Shown in pieces: positions 24,030-35,835 of a DNA stretch of 64,000 bases (position 1 is the stretch's first letter; each line of letters opens with the position of its first letter). Made by a program: the position numbers and the translations under genes. The DNA is taken from the NCBI GenBank assembly GCA_020536535.1, contig JAHLWZ010000666.1, forward strand, positions 40,340-104,339, given 5' to 3'. The notes beneath the pieces are model-generated. The model saw only the letters and a list, made by a program, of their open reading frames with translations, searched no databases and was not told where the DNA came from. The stretch is from Pelomyxa schiedti (taxonomy: Eukaryota; Protista; Evosea).

Positions 24030-27000
24030 CTAGAACGGTGGTGCTGTGCACCACGCAATGGGAGCGAAGCGTAGAATTTTTTAAAGAAACAACTGCAGTT
24101 TATATGAAAGTCTCTTTTCTTGGTTTGAGTGAGGTGGGTGCGCGATGGAATCGTTATAAGCAGTTGGAAGGATTGTGACATATGTGTTGTTGAATGCATC
24201 TGCATACTGCTGTACAGGGTCTGTTGTTGCGAGTGCATGTACGGCATGTCTTTGTGGAACAGGCATTCATACTGCTGCACGTACAGCCCTGGCGTGGAGG
24301 TTTAGTGATAGAAGTCTGGCATGCTGTAGACGGTCTTTTGCTTGGAAGTATACGTTCATCAAATTCGTATGAGATGGAGGAATTCACGGGCAGGGAGTTA
24401 ATGAGCTGTTCTGAGGAGCAAGCAGGATCTACTCTTAACGGTGGGATTATAGTATTATGCAGAACAGGTGAAGTTTGGTTATCTCGCTGTGCGGAATTAT
24501 GTATAGCCGAAGAGGAAGTAGCATCTTTTTAGCCGATTAGATAGTGTTTGTATTTGGTATACATGCCGCGGGATGGTATGGCAGCAAATGTGGTATTCTC
24601 AAGTGTACCAAGTATTGCACGGCAATCTGGTACTGTATGAGACGTCATCGCGGTTACCATATGTAGTAAAGTGATCGATGCTGTGAGTCGTTAAAAGTAG
24701 TATGTACACGATATACACACCATTGAATACATGTGTCGCCTGGACTAAAGTGGCTGTGTTCTCTGCTAAAGTATTCTGTCTAGCGAGTTCTACACGTAAT
24801 TCTGCAGGTAGACCTTGCGTAAGAACTTTGTCCGGAATGCTACAATGGCATCCATCGTACTTGATCTAGCCATACCACCTACGGGGCCAGCCCCAACTAC
24901 TGTACTACCAAGTGTCTGTCCTTGCGCTTTGTGATTTGTTAAGACAATGCTGTGGTCAATGGGCGTTTGACGCCGATGAACGGCGTAGTGTGCGTAGCGG
25001 AATGTACTATTTTCGGGGAAAATGACCATGTCTTCTGTCCCAAATGCCGTTTCTGGTGCAGACGGTGGTAGAGCTGCACGGCGTGTCGCGTCTGTTGCAG
25101 AGGTGTTTGTAGAAATACACACAGTGATGTAATCAGGCATTGTAGGCAATAAGGTGTAGTTTTGAAGCTTCATTTGTAGCTGTATGTGCTGGATAGCAGT
25201 CATTAAAGCGGGTGTACACCGCTGCGTAGCTTTAGTTGTATAGTGTATACTACGTAGTGTACAGCGTCCGCCATTGACAATATTGAGTTGTGTATAGAGA
25301 TTTTTCGTCAAAATGTATTGTTGCTGCGGAGCTAGTAGTAGTAAGCCAGCCAGGCCTTCTGTCTGACTGCCGGCTGCCATTGATTTCAGTTCTTGTAGCA
25401 CGGAACACGGAAGCTCTTGTGCTTTCCTATCACTCGTAACGATGTCCTCCGATGTTAGCAGAAATGCCGACGCATGAGAGTTTGCTGTTCTCACTGACTG
25501 TATACGCTGTCCTGTCAGTAGAAGATTTAGGCGATGTCGTTCGTCGTTTCGCAATACGATGAAGGTGGAGTCGACCGGTGGTCGCAGATGAGTACTTATA
25601 ACACGTGTGACTAAACGTCGCCTGTCATCGTCTGTGACTGTGGCAGAACATAGTCGTGAAATAAACGCACTGTATGATGCATCGTTAAATCTATCACCGT
25701 TAGGGACGCAGAAACTCCTATCAAAAACCTGTGTGTGACTTGTAGCCGGAATACCATTCTGATTTGCTGCCACAATAGAATGTTTCGCCGACTTGTTGAG
25801 TTCTTCTATAGTATATTGTTGAAAATCGCCGGTAAACAGTTGGTCTATGCCTCCGAAAGGCAGTGTAGGATTATTCGTACCACTGTATACTTGTATGTTT
25901 GTGTTCATTTGCTGAAATACATTGGCGCATATCATGGATATTTCATCGTGTACAGCTAAGTCTATGTCAGTCCAGTCTATCTGAATCATACATGTAAGAT
26001 ACTGCAACTGACTGTGTAATACCTGGCTGTTCGCTGTTATGGTGTGCGTATCCTTCCGTCTAATTTTGCAAGCACTGTGCGTTGTGAAGCCCTGTAAATT
26101 CGTGGCCACAACTCCTGAATATGATTAATTATTGAATGTAAGAAACATGACTGAACCTGTAGATGCCGTTACTATTATTTTATGCGGTATACCCAATTTG
26201 CCATATGCAGTTCTAAGTGCTAGTATAACCCTAGACTTTCCCGTACCAGGACCGCCTGTAAGTAAAGCCAGAAGTTGTGGAACAGTATTTGATGGATACG
26301 TTGCTCGTAGAAATTGTTGCTGCAAGAAGAGAGCGACTGGCATAGTATGTTCCACTGTTAACGTGTACTGATCGACGATGTCCTGCAAAAGTTGTAAATA
26401 GCGCAGACTCACGTCTGTTAGTGTATGAGGCACATGGAGCACTGCCGCCGTAGCTGCGTGTTGCAATAGACGTTGTGCTGCAGCCTCGTTAGCATCCTTC
26501 ATAGTCGCTCGTAATTTAGCAATTGTGCTTGGAGGTTCATTCCTGATAAGGAATGGTGAGCTAGATACATCATAAACAGCCGTCGTGTTTGTAGCAGCAA
26601 GTGTAGAATCAGTTTCGGCATTAGTTGTCGTTTGCCCGCAAAATTCTTGTATTAGATGACAGGCTTCACCAATGAAGTCGTCCGCGACGGATGAGTCATT
26701 CGTGTCCTGAAGGTGCATGTCCTGCAGTTCGTCTGATTGGTGTAGTAGAAAACTCCAGTCAATGAGACCTTCTCGTAGCTCCGCCACACTGCCCATACTA
26801 AATTCCGTTTCCTCAAATGCTTTGTTAGCATCGATCGATGCTTCGTTAGCATGGACAAATCCAGTTTGCTGTTCCTCATACTGTTTCTGGGCCTTAGAAC
26901 GTGTCTCCTGCAGTGTTAGCAGGCGATCGTGTACAGAATGTTCTAGCGTAGATGTAGTCTCCGAACACCAATCACGGTAGTGTGTCTCCCAATTACCGTC

Positions 27001-28193
27001 CGTATGTCGTTGATCCCAGGGTATAAGTAGCATCATAACTAAAACACACCAGTCGTGATAGTTCGTCCGATGTGAAGGTATCCCTTTTACATATATTCGA
27101 GGAACGACTTCTGTAGTACGGGTCAAAACACACCACGTGTTGTAGTTAGGGTGTTGTTGCTGATATTGCATTGCGGAGTTGTCCTCAGCGTGAACTAATT
27201 TTGTAGGCAATGAAAAGTATTTGCATATATAAGAATAGTAGCTACAGGATGCCTGCAGTGCAGTGGGTCTGTAAAAGTAGTCGACAATTGTACTGTTCTA
27301 CAGAGAACGATTGTTAAGAGTGCGGAATAGTGTTGTACAATGATACTGCATTACAAGATGTACGGCATCGTCTGTGCTTCGTAGTAGAAACGTACAGTTG
27401 CTATGTATGTCGATTGTAAGCTGGTTTGCGCATTTTAGTAAATCCGATATGTTGCAGGATCGGAATTCGTGTTGGATGTGATTTACGAAGCAGGTAGAAG
27501 AGTACGTACTTGGTTATATGTACCCAACGAATTGCAAATAGCGGTGAGAATACGTTTGGCACGTAGAAGAGTATCTGTGCACGCTTCGTTTGAGCTACTG
27601 GTGCAAGATTGCTGTTTCTCCGCAGTACCAAGGGCACCTGCAACAGGTAATGCTAACGGTAAGGCTAACTTGCAACACTCCTTATATTATTAGCAGCGCT
27701 CCTTACTTACTGTGTATTACCTACATTCATATATGATATTCATAGATTACATACTCGTTCGCCTTGTATCGGAAGTTTGTTCTCTATGCTCCAACGCGCG
27801 TAGTACATGAAATACTATATCCTGAAGTGATCCTGTGTACTTATCCGTCTGTAGGAACGTCGGTAATAACAGCATATTGTGGACAACGTGTACCTTAGAT
27901 ATGTACTGCGTTGTATAGAACCTATGCAATCTAGCAGCATCTCCATTTGTAAGTGCGATTTTGACATCCGTGTTGCTACCCAGCATACACTGATGGCATT
28001 AGTGGCAGTCAGCAGAGGTCTAGGGAATCTATATGACATAGATCTGCAAACCTAAAGGCGGTCTACCGGGTGATGCACCATATCCCTTGTCCTTCGTGGT
28101 ACCCTTTGGTCGTCCCGATGACAGGTGGTACCCTTATAATTCCCCCCGGACCTCTTCCCCCCTTTAGGTAGAGTGTCGCTTCGCTCCCATTAA
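24030..28193 (-). mobile_element. Helitron2/Helentron-type element, copy 2, both termini present, internally deleted (non-autonomous)
   Basis: 5' end (T)TAATGGGAGCGAAGCG at 28193/28192-28177 is the inverted match of the subterminal sequence at 24057-24071; 3' hairpin 24038-24054 and CTAG 24030-24033; no target-site duplication. Confidence 0.93.
24154..28039 (-). pseudogene. Disrupted, intron-containing RepHel (HUH Rep C-terminal part, PIF1 helicase, C-terminal CXC-like Cys cluster)
   Basis: RFPRPL, SNTDVK...FYTTQYISK (Rep two-Tyr motif), DYFYRP, Walker A LTGGPGTGKS, TASTG/VVA, DEISM, PFGG...GDFQQ, HKAQGQTL. No N-terminal HUH motif found; frameshifts and deletions present. Confidence 0.9.
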
Positions 28194-28710
28194 TAATTCC
28201 GATGGAAATAAGGTATATGAGTACTCTGTAGAGGAAGCATTCCCGTGGGTGTGCTGTTAAAGGAAAGCCAAGAGAACTGGAGGTAACACAGCCATGAGGC
28301 TGAAGAAAGGTCAGAAGAAGGAGAGGAAATTATGTTTACCTTTTCTAATTGGAATCACAAGAAGATCCACTGTAGCAGCACTCGGGTACCCATCCACAAC
28401 TGCCAATGGATTAACTTGGTACTGGGTAGTCATTACATACACCCACAAAGCTGCATGTCACCCAAAGCTGACAGCCCAGTCAACAGAGTGGAAGAAGAGA
28501 TTCATCGGAATGCTGGGAAGGTAGACCACCATGAGCACTGAGTCCACAGCGAGCAGTGCAGATGGGCCCTACAAGTAGGAGGAATAAGGGAGAACACCCA
28601 GCCATGGGAAAAAAACAGTACCTCGCTGTGAAAGAGAGAATCTTCGAGTGTGAGCAATGAAGAAGAACCTTGAAGGACTGCCTGATAGATCAGAGCTCTG
28701 AATAAATGTG

Positions 28711-28970
28711 ACAGCTGGTAACACACTGTTGTTGGGGCAACAGCCAGGCCGACTGGTAGCAAAGTCAGTCACTGGACCACCGCCAACAAAAGATTGTCAG
28801 TGATTTGCAATGCTGTTAACGAAGTGACAGGATAAGCTGGTAACGGATGACAGCAAAGGCTGGTAACGATGTGATAGCCAATGACTGGTAACAGGACTCA
28901 ATCAGAACAGTCCATAATGCAACTGGTAACAAGACAGTTGCTAAATTGCCAACTGGTAACAGGGCAGTTG
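28711..28970 (+). repeat. Array of short hairpins sharing a CTG-GTAAC...CAG core
   Basis: CTGGTAAC at 28715, 28837, 28860, 28885, 28923, 28953, with variants at 28753 and 28813; most are closed by a complementary downstream arm. Confidence 0.75.
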
Positions 28971-30388
28971 CGAAACCTAAACTTCATTAGCTCACGCAAG
29001 AACAATTTCTCTAACATACTTGCAAATTTACATCGAAGTACAAAGGAAAGATGGAAGGAGAAACAAACTGTAACGCATGTGACCACATACCCATGAGAGT
29101 TGCACAAAGCCCAATCACACATCTCACAAGGCACCATAGAACCATGACTGAATGCAAGGCCAGAGACCAGTATTCAAGCTTGCCGGACAAGGAAATTACC
29201 AGGACCCCAGCGATTTAAAATCAGACCTGCAGCTGGAAGTAAAAAGTAAGCTCTAAGAAGGGGAATATACTATTGGGCTCTTACAGAGAGAATCTAGCAC
29301 TGTAATATATGGCGAAGTGCTGTTGCCAAGAGGAAATTCTTGTGGTGAGGCAAGGCCTATTATCTTAGGAGTGGTAAGATAATAGTAGAGGAAGAATAGA
29401 CATACGTGACACTGTCGCACATGAGGTGCTTTCTCCTGGTGCCAAGGTGTTGCTCTAAGCCCCTTGACTTATTGGGAACTTTAGGTAACCATGGTGGAGC
29501 AGTCATTACTCGGCATTCACACTCAAGCTCCTGGGATGGGAATCAGGGGCAAATTTATGTAGTAGAAGAAACTCAAGCCTGTTGGTGATTAAGTGTGAAG
29601 ATGCATGAAGGGCATTCTATACTAACAAATTGTATGCAATCCAACAAGGTACAAACGAGTGCAGCTCCTCAGAGATGAAAACAGTCCAAGATACAGCAAT
29701 GATCCACCTTGAACAGTTCGACTACAAGTTACTGGTACCTGCACTTGAAATCAAAGTACTTTCCATCCTGAAGTAGGAGTGAGATATAAGCTTTCCCCTT
29801 TGCATTTCAAACAAACCAGCCCGCTATGCCCTTCCACACAGAGTTGCACTGTCTTGATTTGATAGAGATAGAAAAAAAGAGTAGTACCTTGGTGAGGAGC
29901 GAGATTGCTGCTGGAGCGTTGGCGTCTACCACATTGAGTAGCACAGAAGAAATTAGTGGGTGGGCAACTACGTATTTTTACTAAGAATAGTGTCATCGTT
30001 GTGTCTTATTTCCCTCTCATGTGCTTGAGAGGCAGCATAGCTGACTTTGAGGTTCTTTGTTCACAGGTAGCACTGACCCCTAGCCGATGACTGCCATCAT
30101 CCCAATCAATCAAGTGAATTCACAGAACACAGAAAGAGGAAATCAATGCGGAGCCGCTGTGACTGACCAACCGTCGCCTCGTGGCAAGTACCTGGTTCTG
30201 TTCCCTCAGCGTCACCTAGAAGAACCAAAAAAAAGGTCCGGGTGCCAAAACTGAATTGTTTTCCGATGTAACTTGAACTAACTCGACACCAACAAACACC
30301 CTCGACAAGTCTACTCTACTACACCGTTCTGGAGGAGCACGAACACTCCAAGCCACCCTCCAGAGGGCCTCGTAGCTACGAGATGCAA

Positions 30389-30689
30389 AGAAGTAAATTG
30401 TGAAGAGAAGTTGGGCTCCAGACTGGAGTGCAAAGTAGAAGTAAATTGTGAAGATGCCTCCGGAGACACTCCGGAGTAATAGAAGTTGGGCTCCAGAGAC
30501 TGGAGTGCGAAGAATCCAGAGACTGGAGTGCAAAGAAGTAAATTGTGAAGATGCCTCCAGAGACACTCCGGAGTAATAGAAGTTGGGCTCCAGAGACTGG
30601 AGTGCTAAGAATCCAGAGACTGGAGTGCAAAGTAGAAGTAAATTGTGAAGATGCCTCCAGAGACACTCCGGAGTAATAGAAGTTGGGCC
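30389..30689. repeat. Tandem repeat, about 97-100-bp unit, roughly three copies plus a partial, rich in CTCCAG-AGA-CTGGAG palindromes
   Basis: AAGTAAATTGTGAAGA recurs at 30391, 30439, 30536 and 30636. Confidence 0.9.
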
Positions 30690-30763
30690 AAAGAATATGA
30701 TCAAAGAAGAGGAAACCAAACCTGGGTAGTTACATACGCTTCCTGCTTGCTGACTTGCTGACC

Positions 30764-30880
30764 GCCGCTCGCCTTGCCACGTAGATCTAGAAGCAGCTCG
30801 CCTCGCCACGCAGATCTAGAAGCCGCTCGCCTCGCCACGCAGATCTGGATCGCCACGCATATCTAGAAGCCGCTCCGCCA
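30764..30880. repeat. 29-bp tandem repeat GCCGCTCGCCTCGCCACGCAGATCTAGAA, about four copies
   Basis: Units start at 30764, 30793 and 30822, followed by a degenerate copy. Confidence 0.9.
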
Positions 30881-31822
30881 GTACGCCTCGCCAGTAAGCG
30901 ACACCACCAGACCAGCCCCTCGCCCATTGGTTTGCATCTAGATGGTGCGTGAGACCACAAATGACAATGCTCAAAAAAACACGAACAACCAAACAAGAAA
31001 CCAACCAAACAAACCCAAAGAGGGGGTCTTACCTTCCGCTGTGGACACGGCATTGGTGTTGTTGCCGGCCCCGATGTGCGTTCGGGTTGTTTTAATTAAT
31101 TAATTAATTAAGAAAAATGATGTATCCCTTTGATCTCGGCTTATGAAGGAATAATCATTATTCATCTTTATGCAACTGCGCACTCCTTCCTTCTTTTTTA
31201 TAAAAAAATCAGGAGAAAAAAACTGATCAAACACAAAAAGACTCTTGAAGCCGACAGAGTCTCAGAGCTGAGGAGGGTTCTTTGTTCCATTCGGATTGCA
31301 TCTCATTGTGAATGGTCGGGTGGCCTTCTGACCCTTGCCTTGTTTCTGTACAAAGCTGAATTATTCTTGTACATTTAGTCATTTGAAGGAAAGGTTTAGA
31401 GAAAGAAATTTGGGTGCATCTTCCATTGGATACAGGAATTCTCCCACTATGTCTGGCAATGGAGCAGTTTTGTCAAGGTGATCAAGGGAATTGCAATTGC
31501 TCACTACAGTGGAACGCTCTGGTGATTGGATAAATTAATCAGGATATGTGCCACAAACAACAGGAACAATACTGAACGCACCATACACCAGCGGAAGCCC
31601 CTGAGACTCCCTTGGTGAGTTCTTCAGCGAGTGCGGAGTTGATTTCTGTTTCGTGCCCGATCGCTCCAATGGTTTGTACTGTGCCTGAGTTAGGAAGGTT
31701 AGAGTGCATTCAATGACAAGGCACTTCGCTGGGGGGTCCAACTGGTGGCACAGAATAGAAATCAAATCCTCTGTGTGGTGCTTGAGTGGAACTGTGTTCG
31801 CGAAATTCCACGATTTGATTCA

Positions 31823-33642
31823 ATGAGTGGCCACAACGAAGGGATTGGCGACGGCGTGGGTGCCGTGGACCAGGACGACGAGGACAACAGGGGGGGCGGT
31901 GGTGGCGGCGGCGGTGCGCTCGGCGGCAGCGAAGGCGACGGCGACGACGAGGAGGTGGTGTTCACGATGAAGAACGACGGGGGCAGCTCGGGCGACGTGT
32001 GCTGCGCCGACCCCCGCGGGGGAACCCCGTCCTCGAGCGGCAGCCCCTTGGACGACGTGGTCTTCGCCCCCTCCCTGCTGCTCGCAGGCGACGACGACGA
32101 CCACAGCCAAGACGACGACGCCGAGGACCCTGGCGGCGCCGCGCACAGTACCTCCACGTCGGCGACATCATCGGCGGCGGCCAAGACACCCACAATTACG
32201 TCTGCGGCGGCGGCAACCCCAACAAAGCGCGGGCGCGGCGTGGCGGGAGTGGGAGTGGGAGTGGGTGTGAGTTCAGCTTCGGCGAACGACGGGGGTGACG
32301 GGGAAATTGTTGTTGGCGTTACAGTTAACTCGCCGTCGTGTTCTATTCCTGACCCTGCCAAGATTCTGGCTGAACACAGTACTTTCTTTGTTTTTTTATT
32401 TCCCCGGTTTTGGGGCCAATCATGCTTTTTTCGCAGCTATTCCGTCTGAAAATTTGGTGATTGGAGCATGGATTGGCTCAGGGACTTTTGCTATTGTATA
32501 TGCTGCGGCCTATAAGGGAAAATCCGTTGCTGTTAAAGTGTTCAATAACAAGGCCTCACATGCTTCATTACTGTATGAGATACGGGTTCTCAAGTGCGTA
32601 CCTCAAAGATTTCACCTCAATTTCCCCCATTCCCACAAACCACACGACACCTTTATGAAGCTTGCATCACAATGACACCTACAGTAATCTCCCAGGGAAT
32701 TGCAGCATGAAAATATTATTGGATTCATTGGTGTGATACAAAAGCAAAATTCACTTTCCCTTGTTATGGATGTGAGGCATTCCTTCTCAAAGTTTTTTCT
32801 AACTTTTCTGAAGTACTGCTCCTTGGGTTCTCTGTTTGAACAGCTTCATCCCCAGGGAGGTTTGTTGAAAGTTACTAAACAATTGTGAGCTAAAAACAAT
32901 ACAGATAAAACACGTAAGACATCAGTGGAAGGGATGCGCCGATTTGCTCCAAGAGTACCAAAGATAGCTATCGGAATTGCCAGTGGTCTGCATCATCTGC
33001 ACTCTTTGGGCTATATCCACTGTGATCTGTGTTCGTCAAATGTGTTGGTGCGCTTTCTGTATTTCTTTGAGCTTTTGTAATTCTTTCTCACAGTTGGCAT
33101 CTGACTATACTCCCAAAGTGAACAACTCCATTATTAACTCTCACCAACGCATTCACAGATAGCTGACTTTGGGCAAGTTAGAAGAGAAGGTGGAGTTTCC
33201 CAACAAAGGTTTGGACATCAAAACTACAGAGCCCCTGAAATGTACATTTGCCTGCTTTTCTCTGGTTTTTCACCTGGACATTCAATTGGCAGGTGCGCAA
33301 AAAGAGGGCCAAGAAAAGTTTATCACTTCAGCAATAAGATTGATCTCTTCAGTTACGGAATAGTATTATGGGAGCTCCTTCACGCCGGCCGCACTCCATG
33401 GGAAGGTGTTACCGACGTAGAAGCTGCCACGCTCTCTGGATTCAGGTTCCCAATCCCAGCCTTTTTTACTTCCCTATCTAATCAATAAAAATTACAGACC
33501 AGCCATTGACTCGCGGGTTTCTGTCCGCTGGGCCAAAATCGTCGAGGCCTGCTGGGATCAGAACCCCCACGCAAGACCTCCCTTTGAAGACGTTGTTGTA
33601 ATGCTAAAGGCTCTTGAAGGCGTCCCCTTTCTGGACCAATGA
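31823..33642 (+). CDS. Tyrosine-kinase-like (TKL) protein kinase, non-RD (HCD), multi-exon
   Basis: IGSGTFAIVY, VAVK, HENIIGFIG, IHCDLCSSNVL, IADFG, YRAPE, DLFSYGIVLWE, CWDQNPHARPPF. Confidence 0.93.
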
Positions 33643-33714
33643 AAAAAAAAAACCGCTTCTCCTAAACAGATAACAGATTGTTTTTTTTTTTGTTTTTCCC
33701 ACACATTGAACCAA

Positions 33715-35592
33715 TCAATCATGGCGTCGCCTGGCGGACTGGGTTTGAGACTGAGACTGGGGCGGAGGCTGGTTCTCAGTCTCGGACCGGGGCCGGGTCT
33801 GTTGGCGGGGAAGAGATTCAGCCAGAGCCACGGCGACTGAGACCACGAAGACCTGGTCAGGGTGCTGTGCGGCCCTCTGAGCCGCCATCAGAGCCAGTCT
33901 CGACGCCACGGAGTAGTACATGTCCCTCTTGGCCTTGGTGTCCAGAACCACCTGCCTCTGCTTGTTGTTGCCACTATTCTTCGACTCTGAGGAATCTGCA
34001 TTGGCAGGAGCACCAGCTGATGATGTTGTAGTGTTTGTAGTTGTTGATGTTGATGTTGATGTGGCAGCAGAGGATGATGATGATGATGAGGGGGAGGAGG
34101 AGGATGTGGAACCAGTGTTGTGGTGCTGAAGGAGCTTGTGGAATATCTGGTGGTCGTTGTGTCTCCTGATCACGTTTGCACACCACTGCCTGAGGGTCTC
34201 CTGTGCCCGCATGCGGACGACCGCCGCGGCCTTGTGAAGCACGCCAACGACCACGCCGCGCACGGCCGTGCACTGCAGCGCCTTGAGGCTGTTCACGCAG
34301 ACCTTGGACGCCAGCCCCCGCGCGGAAATGTCCTGCCCGCCGCCGGCTACTGATGATGTGAGAGCTTCCAGGGCTGAGTCTAGCAGAATCCGGCCTATTC
34401 CAGAGGCCACCCTTTTTTTAAAGAAAATGGGTAAGTAGGGGGATGAGAATTCAATTCACTATCAATAGGTAATGCACTGTTTATCAAGACCCATTAAATT
34501 GAATTCTTATGTAGTAGCGTTGTGGGGAAGTATGGCTTACTCGGAGAAGGTTGGAAGTTCAATGGGCGGAGCTGAGGCACATGCTGCAATGGGGGAAGAC
34601 GAATTCTCAGTAGGGTATATTCTTGTCACACTATCTCGTTCATCAAGTGGCTCCACTGTGGCGGTGCTAACTACATTACTGCGAATGGCCTTCCTTGCTC
34701 CATGTGTACCATGTTTGCCCTTTTGGCGTCTGTTGAGCAGGTATACACGTCTAATAAAGGGACGTGAAACTACACAAGGTTTCCTCACTGACACCTATTA
34801 CAGAATTGAGTATTGGGAACCGTACGTGAGCAAAGAAAGAACCTGGTTTGAAGAACTGGGAGTAATATCTGAGGAACTGGTAATACAAGAAACAGCATCA
34901 CTACTATTTACGGGGGTACTATCTACAATATCCGGCCCTGCGGAAGGCTCGGAACAGTCAACCTCTTGAACCCTGGAATCACTCAAGTTACTGTCACTCG
35001 AGGTACTCAAGGATTCCTCCATAGACAACTCAGTAGCAGATTCCTCACACCCAACATAAGCAACATCAACCGGCAGCAAGTGACCATTTGAACCCCGAGC
35101 CAGAACTTCTACAACGCGGCCGCCGTCGGGCTGCTCAGATACAATTACAACCGGAACTTCGATTCCGGAAATTCCTTCATCCTCCTGCAGAATAATTCCG
35201 CCGCAGCTCCCGGCGGAATTCGCGCTCGAATTCAGGTCCAAGTCCAGGTTCGCGTTCACGTATTCTTCGGCAGAGTTGACCACTTCGAGCTCCTCGGACG
35301 AGACTGGAGCCTTTCTTTTCAGGGAGATAACTTTGAACTGGGAGCCAGATCTAGACTTTGATTTGCGATGTAGACTGGGACGTGGTAGTTCCAGGCTCCT
35401 TCGGCATTGTTGCTCGAGTGACTCGGTCACTTCGGGCGATTTGGCCCTGTGTCTGTGTCGTGTGGCGTTAGTGAGAAAAATTATTAATGTTGTGACGCGC
35501 TTGTTTGGTGATGAGGGCACAAGAGAAAAAGTCACTCACAGTTGATCTGCGGAAATCCGTAAAAAGTTGGGGATGGATGTCGATCGACGCAT
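33715..35592 (-). CDS. Uncharacterised Ser-rich multi-exon protein
   Basis: Consecutive long minus-strand ORFs 34798-35535, 34537-34794 and 33715-34410; no recognised domain; start uncertain. Confidence 0.55.
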
Positions 35593-35835
35593 CGGTGCGC
35601 TTCTATCGCTTCTCTTTTTTTTTTCTCTTTCCAACTGCTCGTTCTTATTTTTAAACGCTCTAGTCTGGGGATTGGTGTCAAGCACAGGAGTGGAGGAACT
35701 CAAAGAAGTAGCTGTGAGATGCAGTGGGATGTTATTCTCTCAGATGTTTCCGGATAGTGGGGCCAGAAGATCTGAGTTGATAAGATTTTCACATTAACTT
35801 CAAATTAAAAGGAATTTCGAAAATTGGTTGTTGCA

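Noticed and set aside
28194-28700. Host gene interrupted by Helitron copy 2
   Set aside because: The reconstructed empty site reads open for a few codons on the minus strand, but upstream frames contain stops and no homology is recognisable.
30389-30880. Possible CRISPR array
   Set aside because: Units are tandem with no unique spacers, the context is eukaryotic and no cas genes are present.
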